NCBI RefSeq assembly: GCF_002113885.1
Contig: NW_018408713.1
Location: forward strand, 2,386,908-2,450,907
Origin: Mizuhopecten yessoensis
Taxonomy: Eukaryota
Direction: 5' to 3'
DNA: 64,000 nucleotides
Shown: positions 35,501 to 48,906 of the stretch, piece by piece
Layout of the letters: each line of letters opens with the position of its first letter
Numbering within the stretch: the stretch's first letter is position 1
Made by a program: the position numbers and the translations under genes
The notes under the pieces: model-generated
The model's input: the letters and a program-made list of their open reading frames with translations, nothing else
Told to the model about the DNA's origin: nothing
Databases searched by the model: none

Positions 35501-38500
35501 GGTCAAACAAATGCAAAATTTTCGGATTTTTTTTGTCAAGGCTGTAAATTTCATATGAATCTTAATTGACTGTGCCTAAAGTTTCATCTAAATTTGCGAG
35601 AAATAACTCCAATGAAGTTGTGTGCTTGTATTTTTCGTTTCAAATATTTTCATTGGAATTATACCTCATTTGAAGTTTTTGAAAATGATAATACTTTTAA
35701 TCAAGTTATTTTTATTAAAAAAAAAATGTTCATGGGTGTTATACCCCTTTCCTGATATTATTATGATGGGGCAGGTGAGGTGTAGGGAGGGAGTTATTGT
35801 CAGCCTATGGCTTACACTAGTACTGGTTTCTATATATGTTGCCCTTAAAAAAAAACAGGAAAAAATTGTCAGTTTGTAGTGCGAAGAATATGACGAGAAA
35901 ATGATATACAGGAAGGGAAGGGGGATATTCTCACTGACAATGAAGCAATTCAGAGCTAGATGCAATAAATCCTATTTTCAAAGTCAACAAGCTTATCAGG
36001 TTAGTTGATTGATATCTTGGGCTAATGGTTGTCCTTCATGTAGAAAATCCTGTTTTTATTGACCAAAAACATTGTCATCTACAACAAAACATAGGTAGAA
36101 GATGAAAGTGGAGCCTCTAATTGTTATTTTTACCTCACAACAGGAGATACTGGATTTAAACTATAATCATCATGGCTTTATGACTTCTGAGTTGCTGGCT
36201 GACTTTGAAGTCATGGCCGCAGTCCTCAGGCATTGCACTGGTTAGATAGGCCTTTCTTGAGATTTGCTATGCTTCATCAGTTTCAAGGTAGAGATAATGT
36301 CCATTTTAGTGACCACATGCCTAAGGATATACAAAAACATTGCAGAGCAGGTATGGGGTTGTGAGCTGACCAGTAAATAAGCAATGGTCAGGATTTTAGC
36401 CACAGGTCATTGCTCCTTGGTTAGGTAATGTTTTGTTTGCCCAGTAGCTTTGGTTGGAGATCTTATATAAAAACCTGTCCAGTCTTGGAAGTCTCATCAG
36501 TATGCTAAAAGTTCCCAGTTGACACAGAAGTGAAGTTATTGGCAAGTGTTACTATCAGAACCTTGAACTTGACAGATGTTCCTCATTGGGTCAAACCTTA
36601 CCTTTACTTAGCACTGACCAAGCATTTCCTGAGCTTGTTTGGTCAGCTGAAGACTCACAAGTGACATTTTGTTGCAACAGTGCTTGTGGATTTTTCTCAT
36701 TCCTCCGTTACTCAAAGCCTGCAGTTGTGCCAAACTTTGGATTTATTCACCTGAATGGAAATTATCTGAACACTTTGGATTTAAAACTAAAACAATTTGG
36801 ATGTGCAATGGAAGTTAACAAGAAAAAAGTGTTGATGGTTTTACCACAGAGCAGAATGAAGCTAGATTTACATGATATGCCGTCATTTTCAGACATTTTA
36901 TCTCCATACTCTGCCGTAATGTCTCCGTGTGCGGGATTCCACACGCCAGTGTTTCCGAAAACACCAACAAGAAGCATCCTTTGTGAGTTTATTAGTTTTT
37001 AACCAGAAGATGATCTATATCATTATTGTTTTGAAATGATAACCTGTAAAAAAAATTATCTGGAATGATACTTGGGTTTTAGTGTAATTGAGAACCCTTG
37101 ATCAGAAGTAATTTTATTGAAACTTATTTTTGCATCAAAATGATCATACATTGGGTCAATGATTGCAAATCAATGGACATAAAAAGGTCTATAGTGTTTT
37201 TAGAAGAAGAAAATAGGATAGGCTGGATAATGCTATATTGTTCAACCAAACCTTCTTATGTTCACCTTGTTGGTTACTAGGAAAACCTTCAATGATACAG
37301 GGTCTGGATGTTTTATGTTATACAGTTTACTAGAACAATCTTCAAGAATACAGGGCCTGGATGTATGATATTATACAGTACTGGCTTGAAGTATTATATA
37401 TAGCAGTGATGGTATGTGAATGCATACTTCACATTGAATGCATTTGACACCAGAATTCAGTAATGAGCCGATTATATTGATTATTGAAGTCAATAATTGA
37501 AAAGGTCAAACCGATTGATTTTCAATGATAATTGATGATTTCATTGAAAATCAATCGGTTTGACCTTTTCAATTATTGACTTCAATAATCAATATAATTG
37601 GCTCATTACTGAATTCTGGTGTCAAATGCATTCAATGTGAAGTATGCATTGAAAATAATTTACTCTTATTAATTTTATTGTATGATTGATGATAATCTAG
37701 AACAACAAAATAATGCTTAGAAGTTGCCTCTTATCCATTTATTATAAAATAATGAAACCTAATGTATGGCAGGTTTTCAGTCCCGTAATATTGAAAACTG
37801 ATTATGCAGTCATTCATAAATGAATTTACTATTTCTGATTACAAACTGATTATCGATAACAGGTTTTAACCAGTCGTCCATCACATCTAATGTATAGTTA
37901 AGATCTCTTTCTATTGATTTAAAGATAAAAAGTGTTCTCCCTTTTTTGGGTATTCAGTCCATTAAAATTATAAACCAATAATGCAGTAAAAGTTTGGATT
38001 AATAAATCACTTTTTACATAATGAATTAAGAATCTAGAGATTGATTAAATATATGAAAATGTTTGGAACCAATTCTTTTCTAACCAAGTTTATAATATAA
38101 AGTTATTTTATATAAGCTTACATGGTACTTTCTTGTCAAGTTTTCTTCTTCAGCTATTTCCTATTAGTGTCATTCCAGTTAGTGCCAGACAGGATATTTG
38201 TTTAATAGGGAAAGCTTGGACACTTTCAATCTGTCAATCTCAAGACTTTCCAACAAATTAATCAAGATAAACAAAGATTACATAAGCTACTGAAAAAATT
38301 TGAATGTGACGTATTATCCTGCTTGTCAAGACATTGATTCTGTTGGCTCATATGTAGCCAAGAGCCAGACAAGTCTGGTCTTAAGGCTTACAGTGGTCGC
38401 AGGCTCTGGTCATTTATCACCTTGACAGGGACATGTAATGTGATTACTGACCATGACAGACGCTATTCATGGTCAATGAATCCCTCTGGCCTAATTAATT

Positions 38501-41500
38501 CGGCTGAGGCCAGGGTCACTGAGGAGGCTTACAAAATTGCTGTGAAATTCTGGAAAATCTGTATTTAATGGGTCCATCCAATCATTTACCACATGATTTA
38601 AAAATGAGTGATTTTTAAAGCATTAGGGTTTCGAGAAAGATTGCTTTTATAGAACTACAAGTGTAAAATAAAGTAATGGCTATGAACATTAATAGCCATT
38701 TGAAAGAAAATATAAATAAAACAAGACAAGATGAGGAAAATTGGCAATTTCTTCCTGAATAATTGATATATATTTTTAAGATAGGCCCCTCTAAATCACT
38801 GAAGCCTTGAAACTTGTTCTACTTCAGGTAAAAATTATTGAATGAAAAGTTTATTGGAAATTTTAGAAAATATTCACCAAAGTGACAAAAGATGTTCCAG
38901 ATTACGTTGGAACAGTCACAGTCTGTGTAAGGGAAGTTATTGATTATCCCAGAGAAAGATGTAATATTGATGATTATTTAATTAGTTGTGCTACACAAAT
39001 TCCTAGATATAAATGTACCATCTGCTTAATCAAAGGACTCTGTAGGTTCCAGCTGTCCAATGCAGACCTGGAGGGTTCACCCAAAGTTAAACATTTAGAT
39101 CAAACTATACAATTTCTGTAGTATTAGATACAGTTGAATGTACACTGTCTATATCCGGGTAGACAGGTGTCCATTATGTATCTTCATTCATACAAGAGTT
39201 TGGCTTTCATCATCAGCTGGACCAATTATATATGTGCTGATTTCATTACACTCAGTTTCCCTTCACAAAAGATTTTCTCATTGAAAATCAATAATTATAG
39301 ATTTTATAAGGCTGGCTTTGAACACAGGCAGTTTGGAGGACATTTCTTTGTAGTAGTTTTTGATAGTTCTCCAGTGAGGAAAGATGGATTTGGCCTTGCT
39401 TTACTCTGATTGTGTGTGTTTGTGTTCTCCAACAGGTATGTTTCTTTGTCAGAATGATAAACAGACAAGTTTGATAATCATTTGTACGTGTTTTAGTTTA
39501 TTAGATCTTTCAACAAAAAGGAAACATTTGTTTAGATACCCGGATAGATATTGGTCATGTTCATTTTGAATTTGTGTTTTCTTGAAACAAACTATATATA
39601 TATTAGTAAACATTTTATCATAATGAATGATCATGTGAAATTTGATTATTTTTGCAGCTAATTATTGACTATTGAAATAACAGTTAAAACACAGTTTTAA
39701 GTACAGATTCGCCTTTTAATGCAAACATTTAAATATAATAAGTTTTAAGAAATGTGTTTTCCGGTCTTTAACTTGAAATGGATTTAATCTGTCTGTTCCC
39801 CCATGACATGGTTAGTAATTAGAGGCAATTGCCTCCAACGAGATTAAATGTCAAAGACTGGACAATGATGTAATCCTTAACTTGACCAGGAATCACCATG
39901 AAATTAACATGTTCCTGGTAATCGTGTTGTCTGCCTGGTTTCTGATGTTTCCAGTAGATTCAAAGGCACTGGTCAACTTCTGACCACCCTAGAACATGTA
40001 TTTATCCTTGGGCGATCTGCAATGGTCATTCATTGTTTACTCTGCAATTTTCTACAGTGAGAGAGTTGGTCATCAAAGAGGCCCTAGCCTATCTGGTGCA
40101 TACATCTAGTGGTCAAACCTGTGTAATTATGTTAGTCCAGGCAGAACAGGGAGATATGGAGCAGGATCGAGTTCTTACCCTGTGGTCATTTCTCTTGTCC
40201 AGCTGGTCAGTTCTGAGCAGACCTGGTAATGAACTGGCTGTAAAACAGGTCTTTATTGACATCTGGGGTGATGAAAAGGTGGTTAAATCTAAGATTGTCT
40301 TGATTTGAATTGTTGTTTCCTAAATACCAGTTTTTGATGTCTACATAAATTTTTATCACAAACTGGCACCGATCATGGTTTATAGTTTGTGTTGTAAATC
40401 TACTTGCGTTTAAAAGAAAGTTAAGAAAATAAATTCTGATCTGAAAATTTTAATTTATTTGAACTCCTGAATGATTTTGAAATAAAATGATGACTTTTAT
40501 GGGAATTTTTTACTTAAAATATAAATTTGTTTTCTATCGATAACCCATGTTGCCACCTTCCTATATACATAGGTTGATAAATACACAGCTGTCAATCTCT
40601 CAAATCTACTATGAAAGAGACCTACTTTATTCTACAGGTACATCTCCAGTGAGAAAGCATGTGAAATGCATCTGAAATATATTTGCTTAATTCATTTCAC
40701 CCTATTTATGTATTAAATAATCTCTAAATAATTAGGACACCTTTTGTAGTAACTTAGAGATCTTTCTCGACACCAGGATGCAAAGTTTGAATTTGTGTCA
40801 GTTTTTATTTGAATGATGACGGTTTTCTAGAACGGATTTGTAAATTTCGGTCAAAATCTTGGACAGCTGACAGTTATGTAATCATTTGGTGGTACATTAC
40901 ATGTCTGTTCCACATAATCTCAGTAGATAGTATAAGGATGTTATCTGTAGAAGCATGTTGTGCTGTATCACAGCCCTTATTAACACTAGATGGCCAATGT
41001 CCAATTACATCACACATCTGACCTGCTCTTTACTGGTGGCTAGGGTCAAGGACCACCTTATCACAGCAGCCTGGCTCAATCTAACACTGCCAGATAGGGA
41101 GTGATGATGAGGAAACTTTTATCACCTTTTTCACACACTATCCTTACCGTACCATTTTAATGCCAGATAGGAAAGGGCGAAGTGGAATCTTATGACCCTT
41201 TCAAAAGCAATCTTGACATTTATGTGACATCAGTTTGTTCTGACAATGGCAGTGAATTTCAATGAAAGCTTTTAGATCTGTTGGAATCTGCCCAGTAGAT
41301 AATACTAGTTGTCCATTCCGGCTGAATATTTTCCCCGAATAACAAAACAGGATGATTTAGGAAAATAAATAGTTTATGTAAAATTGTTCATGAATGGGTT
41401 TTTTTTTTATGTTTACAGCTTATGACATGTCAACTCCAATCGTGCGCCGTCGTCAGTCCGAGGCTGAGAAGAATGTCAACCGTCTCCGTAACTGTATGCC

Positions 41501-44500
41501 AGAAAAGTTTTCTACCCTAGTCAAGATGCATCTCTCCTTCCTGCTAGATCTGGATGGCACAAAGCTTGAAGAAATGTTCCTTGAAACTAACGAAAAACAT
41601 GAGATCACCAAACGAAAGCCTTCCACACCATTCTCAAAGAAAAAAGGTACAGCTGAATCTGAGTTGATACATATCTCTATGTGAACAGATTTTTAAAATT
41701 AAAGAAATGTCCAAATTTAATATGGCTCAAATTTTAGTTCAGAAAAGGACTGTAAAAAACATCCTGCTTTATAGAATACAAATAATAATCTTTGAAAAAT
41801 GAGACAATTGAGAAAAACTTTCAAACTGTATAACAAGAGAAAAAAAATCATATTCATCTATAAGTTCTTGCTCATTTTTTTATTTCATTTTACTAATCTT
41901 TTTTATTTTTGTTACAGAAAAGCACCAACCCCAACCAAATCTGTTTGGTGCTTCGTTAACCCAGGAAAACGTATCACAGATATACCAGCTCATCGACTTT
42001 TTGGGCAGACCAGACAGTACGTAGTGTTTTTGAACAAAAATCTATACAGAAAAAAAATTAACTTCAAAGCTAGTTATTCATATACACGTAGTGTACATTT
42101 TCATTGGGAAAACAAGTGACTCAATCTAGAGACTGAAAAGGGCAAAAGTTAAACTGCAGCGAACATTTCCTGAAACACAGTATTCAGATTCAAGACAGAA
42201 ATGTATTACTTGTTCTTTGTTAATAGTTATTTCTGAATCATCAAGTTGAAAATTGTTTCTGAATAGTTCAAAAAATTGAATTTTTGTTGTACTTTTTAGA
42301 TATCCGAACAGAAGGTCTGTTCAGAAAGACAGGAAATTTTGCACGCCAAAGGCTTTTAAAGGAGTGGCTTATCAGTGGGACCGATCTTGGTTTGGACCAC
42401 GGCACATTCTCGCCGCACGACTGCGCTACAGTTCTGAAGAACTTCCTCGGGGAGCTTCCCGAACCTCTACTGACAGAGAAACACTACCAGGCACATCTCC
42501 AAGTAACCAGTAAGTACTAACATACGACATAGCAGAGATAAAATGATATGCAGGAATTGTATTATAAAAAAAAAAAAAAAAATCGTGATACAATATTTGT
42601 TACATCACATGATCTAACTGCAGAATGGGTCACAAAGAAGAAGCCATAAGATGTTTAACCCTGCTTATATTTATTTATACAATTACTCAAATTTCAACAA
42701 AATGCAATTGACTTAGCTGATTGAGTATGTAATCAAGTTGACAATACTTTCAGTTGATCTTCAAGATAATTAAAGACTTGAAACCAACAATTGTAGAATT
42801 TATGCGGTAAACTTCATACTTTAAGAAATAAGCTACAGAGCTGTTCAGTATTGTACAAGTCGATTTTAAACAAATACTTCATTACTGTATTTTACAGCCA
42901 ACTCACCATTTGAAGAATTATTATCATGAATATTTTTTCAATACTGTTTATTGCTGACTTTTACACGTCTGTAATTTTCCTCCTTCTTCTGCAGACATGG
43001 GCAAGTCTCCCGTACTAGAGAAAGAGAAGTTGCGTGCTCGCAGTAAACAGATCAAGACACTGCAGTTACTCTTCCTCCTTCTTCCACGTAACAATGTGCT
43101 CCTCCTGGAGTGTCTCATCGACCTCTTACATCGCGTGACCAAGGTGTCCGAGAACATGATGACCGCATCATCTCTAGGCACTGTGTTCGCTCCCCACCTC
43201 CTCTGTCCAAGAAAGGTAGGTTGGATTCCAGCTCCAATCAGAATTGTAAAATCTTCACTTGTTTGCATTTATTTTATAGAGATGAAAAAATTATAATGCA
43301 TTTGTAAGGGAAATAATGCTGTTAGATAATCGCTATTACTTATGTTAACCCATAATTATTCATTGATGCAAACACCTAACAGTGGACTTTTCCAGTATGT
43401 TTTTTGTTAGGTTTACCACAGATATTTGATACTGTGATGTAACTTCATAAATAAATGTTAATCAATTTTCTGTATTCCATGAACAGATGTCCCCGGAGGA
43501 ACTGCAGAATATCTCCCCTGTCATCACACAGGCTGCTTCCTTTATGATCGAGAGTGGCACACAGATATTCAAGGTCCCCCGAGAGCTTGCGGCTGACATT
43601 GCCAACTTCTGGCGGGAGATGGAGGATCCCAACAAGCATATCTTTGACCCAGTTGAAGAACAGGAGAACACAAACACCAACCTCTCAAGTGCTAAGAAAA
43701 AGTATGGCAGTACTCAGGCTATCAACACTGTCATCGCATTCGCTGAAAGGAAGTCATCAAGTGATTCAGACACCAACCAGGACACACAGGTGGCGCTAGC
43801 ACAGCTTTACGCACATGTTCAGAGCATGCCTGATTCTTCTAAAAAGAAAAAGCTTTTAAAGCAGGTAAGCCCACTTAAAACAATCTCACATAACATTCTT
43901 TAACTTTAATGAAAGTGCAACTGGTAAAAAAAAAATGGCAATTATCATTAAGATCAGCAATAAATAGTTTCTTAATATTTTTAAATGCGATTAATCTGAA
44001 TCATGTAAAAATTGAAAATAGCAATATTGAAGATTTTTTTTAATCATTTATGGTAATATCTTAACTGTAACAAGTTTTAGTATAATAAAAATGTTGGGTA
44101 AGATATCTCAAGGGAAAAAATAAATGCCTTCAGTAGAAATCCATTGAACTTATTAGGTAAGTTTTCCCATGATTTTCATGCAGGCGTTTAATAGTTTTTA
44201 ATGTCTTTTGTAGTTTAATAGAGCTTCACAGACGCCAAACACTACCAACACACAATCTGCCACCAAGTCGAAACACACGAGGAGTCGTACATTTGGGTCA
44301 CAGATAAAGAAACACTTCCCCAGTTTCCACAAAAATAAGCGACATGGTACAAGTGAGACCACGACCTTAACCTCCGACCTTCCTTGGTCCATGACCTCTA
44401 CCATCAACATTGACCAAATGGATGACAGTGTATTTGGAACGCCCATTCAGAAAACAAGAAAATCGGTAATTATATTTAACATTAAGTAATGTATTCCAAC

Positions 44501-45499
44501 CTAAATGGTGTTTGGGAGACATTTTCTTGACATGCATGTGAATGTTGTTTGCTAATACATATTGAACAGAAGTTAAGAAATCACTATCATTAAATGTTTA
44601 TGTGAGTCATAAGTATGTTGATACAGGAAACTAAAATACAGTTGAAAGGATTTTTTTCCTACAAAATATGTCAAATGAGTTTTCTATATTTTGTATCTAT
44701 CGATCATTTGATCAAACTTGTTTTGTTAAGTACGTAAAATAACATTTTACCTTTTTTATTAGTTTAATAATGGAAGCCCTGCCGTCCATATAGTTGACAT
44801 GAAGAAATCTCCTGAAACCCATCGCCGACCCAGAAAGAGGTTAAGTAGTGAGGGCAGCGATGGAAGCCTCCCAGACAAACGTCCGACCCCAGACATGTTA
44901 CCGTCCACAGAGAACGAGATTGATTACATCATTAAAAAACACCCAGAGAGACGGATGTGTCCCTGCACCACACCCGATCGTGTCGGCAAACCTATCGCCA
45001 TGGTTTCTCCAATCACACACTCACCAATTTCGCAGTCTGTCAAAAAAGTTCCCCCTATGATGCAGGTAACTTATAGCTCTTATTTCAAAACAAGTGTTCT
45101 TTCCTTTAAAAAGAAAGAATTTCAAAATATATTTCGCACCTTTCATTCATGAGCAAGGTAATTTATTAAAAGAAACTTTACATCACGCTGTCCCAGGTAC
45201 CCACTGGCCAAATATCAAGGTTTAAAATATATTTCGCAAACTTTCTATTCATGAGCAGAAAATGGAGGATTAGAAATTTGTATAAGGAGAACAGACAAAA
45301 GAATCAAAAATAAGATTTCTGAACAGGGATTGAAGCCCATTTATATTTTATTTACATAAAAAAACATGTCTTTATAGTCATCTGGCAATAATATTTACAT
45401 GTTTTGTTGTTTCAGAAAAATGCCATGACACCCAGATCGCGAGCACCTTTGTTACTGTTACAGTCGCCAAATCTCACCTCCAGGGAAAGTTTGCTGTAA
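23522..45499 (+). CDS. ARHGAP19: Rho GTPase-activating protein 19-like (about 607 aa)
   Basis: Join of 23522-23547, 34810-34832, 41419-41646, 41918-42016, 42300-42509, 42995-43215, 43487-43864, 44214-44465, 44763-45065, 45416-45499. RhoGAP motifs EGLFRKTG (arginine finger), ATVLKNFLGELPEPLL and NMMTASSLGTVFAPHLLCP, plus the ARHGAP19-like TQVALAQLYAHV...KKKKLLKQF and KHTRSRTF segments. Confidence 0.88.
30588..32341 (-). mobile_element. 5'-truncated L1/Tx1-type insertion with a 29-bp target-site duplication
   Basis: ORF 31542..32069 has CNFCKEVHETQQHLFSGC and KWLIWKARN; identical direct repeats at 30559-30587 and 32342-32370; poly(A) end at about 30590. Confidence 0.8.
30684..31380. repeat. 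48-bp tandem repeat with alternating variants
   Basis: Unit ctaccttgttttacatatagctacagcattcttcatcttataacaagc; it produces the spurious 16-aa-repeat ORF. Confidence 0.92.
34810..34832 (+). CDS. ARHGAP19: 23-nt microexon (R-NNTGKLS)
   Basis: ttttactag acceptor, CAG|gtaagc donor; phase 2 to 1 exactly joins 23547 to 41419. Confidence 0.55.
36462..36502 (+). promoter_or_regulatory. TATA box and Inr-like element of the internal promoter
   Basis: TATATAAAAA at 36464-36473 with TCAGT about 30-33 bp downstream (36497). Confidence 0.4.
36808..36982 (+). CDS. ARHGAP19: Alternative first coding exon (MEVNKKK...KTPTRSIL)
   Basis: Open frame ending in a phase-1 donor T|gtgagt, in frame with the exon at 41419; upstream TATAAAA at 36466. 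Confidence 0.6.
37419..37650. repeat. Near-perfect palindrome (110-bp arms, 12-nt loop)
   Basis: 37419-37528 is the reverse complement of 37541-37650, with one mismatch seen. Confidence 0.95.
41419..41646 (+). CDS. ARHGAP19: ARHGAP19-like exon (AYDMSTP...FSKKK)
   Basis: tttacag acceptor, G|gtacag donor. Confidence 0.88.
41918..42016 (+). CDS. ARHGAP19: ARHGAP19-like exon (EKHQPQPNLFGASLTQENVSQIYQLIDFLGRPD)
   Basis: ttacag acceptor, A|gtacgt donor; start of the RhoGAP domain. Confidence 0.9.
42300..42509 (+). CDS. ARHGAP19: ARHGAP19-like exon with the arginine finger (EGLFRKTG)
   Basis: ttttag acceptor, A|gtaagt donor. Confidence 0.95.
42995..43215 (+). CDS. ARHGAP19: ARHGAP19-like exon (C-terminal half of the RhoGAP domain)
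   Basis: ctgcag acceptor, AAG|gtaggt donor. Confidence 0.95.
43487..43864 (+). CDS. ARHGAP19: ARHGAP19-like exon
   Basis: 126 codons, CAG|gtaagc donor. Confidence 0.92.
44214..44465 (+). CDS. ARHGAP19: ARHGAP19-like exon (FNRASQTP...KHTRSRTFG...TRKS)
   Basis: ttgtag acceptor, TCG|gtaatt donor, 84 open codons. Confidence 0.88.
44763..45065 (+). CDS. ARHGAP19: ARHGAP19-like exon (SP/TP-rich tail)
   Basis: 101 codons, CAG|gtaact donor. Confidence 0.88.
45416..45499 (+). CDS. ARHGAP19: ARHGAP19-like last coding exon (KNAMTPRSRAP...RESLL*)
   Basis: tttcag acceptor; TAA at 45497-45499. Confidence 0.88.
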   Translation, partial: KNAMTPRSRAPLLLLQSPNLTSRESLL

Positions 45500-47290
45500 A
45501 AAACAACTTATTTCCCTAGGATTCATCTCTGGACTGACATTTCTTTTGATCAGGACTGGTCTACTGCTTCCTACAGGGATGACAAAAATACTGCATCAGT
45601 GCTATCGGGGTAGAAGCAGGTCAATCTGGTCAAGGGAGATCACTCTTGAGACAATGCAATAGTGCTGCTACGGTTTGAGCCCTGTTTGAGATAAAGTGCT
45701 GTTAAGACTTTGTAATCACGATATTATGTAATTGTGTACCTATAAGTGATATATTGTTTGTAAATTAAGTTGTACAGAAGAGTTTGTTTGTTCAGCCTGT
45801 AAATACACAGCTGTATAGATTATGACGCCTAGCGTTTAAGCCTTTCAAAAGTAAGAAATATAGAATTATATATAAATTTGTATATGTTACTGGATAATTT
45901 CCACAGCAATTATTTCCAATTCAGCAAATCACATATCAAAAAGAAAGAAAAATTCATTGATAAATATAAGAACAAAATTCAACAATGATAGCAGGAAAAT
46001 TTGATTTTTGGAGAGGAAATTAAATAAGAAATTAAAAATTAAATTAATATATGTAACTCTGGTCATAGAGAAAAAAACCTGTCATATGTGATATAATTAC
46101 TGTGGAAATTCATCTTTTTGTTGTGATTTGCTTCATGTGATATAATTAGATTTTTATTTTGCTTAAGCTAAGTAAATAGAGCCTTGCCATGGTTATATAA
46201 GTTATTTTGTTTCTAAAAACAAGTCTCGTACAAATGTATTTCCTGATGTATTAATCAAAGACACCAAACAAATTTAAAAAAAAAAAACTGCATTTGGAAA
46301 ACTGCATTTAGTTATTGTCAGACTTGGTATTCATAAATTAAGATTTATAGTTAGAAATGTAATTTTATTTCAGGTATCATAATTATTGATCAATGCAATG
46401 GACATCAACCGTCAGTACTTCTGGTATTTGATCACATTGATAAGTGCTGTTTAACAGAGTCGATGACTGTTTGATAGAAATATGTGTGTGCATGTGTCTT
46501 GCTACTATTTAATCTATATTAACAGTATAACCTACATATATTCAAACCTGGCTGCGATTTCTCAGAGAGAAAAATAAGAAGGATTTAAGCTATTTTAAAA
46601 ATTATTCGACATTGGAAAACTTGAACATTTTATGTATCATGTTCTTAAAACATATTTAGGTTAAAGGAAAAATGCTAAATATTGATAAGTAGTCATTATT
46701 GAGAGAAACGAAAACTTGGTGCTTGGGTTACAATAATTCTAGGATATAATTATACAAACAAAAGTATAACCTCAAAATATTTATGAAAGTTTACTTAATG
46801 CAAAGAAATTAAGGACAGTATCATTTTATTTCATGTTTGTTCCTAAAACGATTTTTATATTTGATGGGTGTTGAAATTCTGCATAATTTTCAAAATTTCC
46901 CTTTTCAATTTATTGTTTATATGAGACCAGCTTATTGCTTGATTTTTTTTCTTCAAATTGGTGCCATACTGAAAAAGCAGTAGAGTAGATTTTTAGAAAC
47001 CAGAAATGTTCACATGTATAAATATCTCCCATAAATTAAAGATAATTGTACAGATATACCCTTCAACCATAGGCTAGATATTTAAACACATATACTTCAC
47101 ATCAAATACTCATGGTCTAGTCAAAAACTCAAAAGAGACACATTTTCTATATTTTACTTCCGCTTTCTTTCTCTTTCCTTTTTCTATCTCTGTTATCCTT
47201 CCTTCCCTCTTACTTTTACCTTCTTTCAAATACAGTTGGCATTGCATTTACTGTTATCGAACAGCATTTTGTACTTATTAATACAAGTGT

Positions 47291-47330
47291 ATTAAAAAAT
47301 CTTAAAATTTATTTTGTGTTTGTTTTATTC
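47291..47330 (+). terminator. Probable poly(A) signal of the ARHGAP19-like gene
   Basis: ATTAAA at 47291 followed by a GT/T-rich tract; the CpG-poor domain ends shortly after. Confidence 0.35.
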
Positions 47331-48906
47331 CTGCAGAATAGTGATATAATTAAAACTATTCTTATCCACTACAAAATATATACAAGAACCTTTATTTAGT
47401 GTTGAATATGGTCAACAAGAACATACCGTAACAGATATAACCGTTTCGTGAAGAGTATTGTAAAGAACTGGGATCGGATTTTAATATTAAGGATTGGTAT
47501 CGGACAATTTCCGCTTTAAGTTCGACTTTAAAGGTGGTTGGCAAACCCTAAATGTGGTTTCAGTGCTGATGTGACTGTAGCACAATCAACTTGATTTATG
47601 CTTGAGTGCGATGTCTGTCAGGCATCAGCAATTTAAACAGCTTCCTTTGAATTACCAAGAGGCCTACAGTTATTACAGTGACCAGTAGCATGCTGGGTGA
47701 AGAATTATCAAGTTTGTCAAATAAATGGCATTGACCCACTTTCAATGTCGCAAACACTTCAAATAACTTCTTCTAAATAGCAAAGAGTCCTAGCATGGTG
47801 ATATTTGGCAAATAGTATGCTTGGATAAAGAATTGACCCACTTTCAAGGTGACAATGGTCAAACCTGTTAAAACGTTGAAACAACCTCTGATGATCAACC
47901 CCTAGGCCTGGGGTAATGATACTGGGTCAGCAGTATGTTGGGATGAATGGCAATCAAGTTTATTCAATTGAATGACCTTTTGGTGCACCTTCAAGTTCAC
48001 AGGGGTCAAATTAATAAAATTTAAACTAAATTTAAACAATTTCTTACGAATTATAAATACTCCCTAAGGTTTAAGCCAGCACTATGGTTTGTTGAAGGAC
48101 TATCAAATTTATTCAAATGATTGACCTTGACCCATTTTCAAGATCACACAGTTGTCATTTTTTTTTAATCTTAAAACATCTTCACAAAATAATCAAGAGG
48201 CAAAGGGTGATGGTATGTTGCTAGTAGCACGCTGGGGGTAAAGTTTTTAAAGGCTTGTTCAGATTGTAACGGAGGTAATTATTTTTTCAATGTCTCCGCT
48301 AGGGGTCAAACCCAGGACTTCTGATTTACTGTTCTGACGCTCTACCGGAGAATAAGCTAAAGAGGAAATTCTCCCTAACCAAATTAAAAATAGTATTTTA
48401 CCAGGGTGACAGGATGATTACCTCGACCGACTTTCAAGTTCACATTGGTTAGAATTGTAAAATTGTTTAAACACTTTTTGGAATGATGAAAAGAGCCATG
48501 TGTTGATATGCCTTGTAACATTCTAGTATCAATAGCTATCAAGTTTGTTTAAAATAATGTCATTTGCCTGTTTTTAAGATTACTTGCGTCAAATTTGTTT
48601 AAACCTTAAAGCAACTTCTGAATTACGAAGAAGTCAAGTGTCATGATAAATAGCCAATATCATGGAACAGAAGTAGAAAGCTATCAAGTTTGTCGTTAAG
48701 AATAGCTGCCGGAGCCGTAGATCATTGTCCTATCGATTAACATTTTTGACATTGTATCCAGCCTATTGAAAGTTTGTGATACAGAAACCTGGGATGAGGT
48801 CGCGAAACACATCGTTATATCTCAAAGAAGAAGAAGAAAACTGAATAATAAGATAAAAAACGGCCCCATGTTTCCGATAAGAGGAGGCCGGTGTCAGCAC
48901 TCCTTT

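Noticed and set aside
26050-40300. GGTCA/TGACC-rich patches in the long RhoGAP intron as nuclear-receptor enhancers
   Set aside because: No consistent spacing or orientation, and enrichment cannot be shown without counting or conservation data.
42948-44446. Minus-strand ORFs overlapping the RhoGAP exons
   Set aside because: Antisense shadows of real coding exons.
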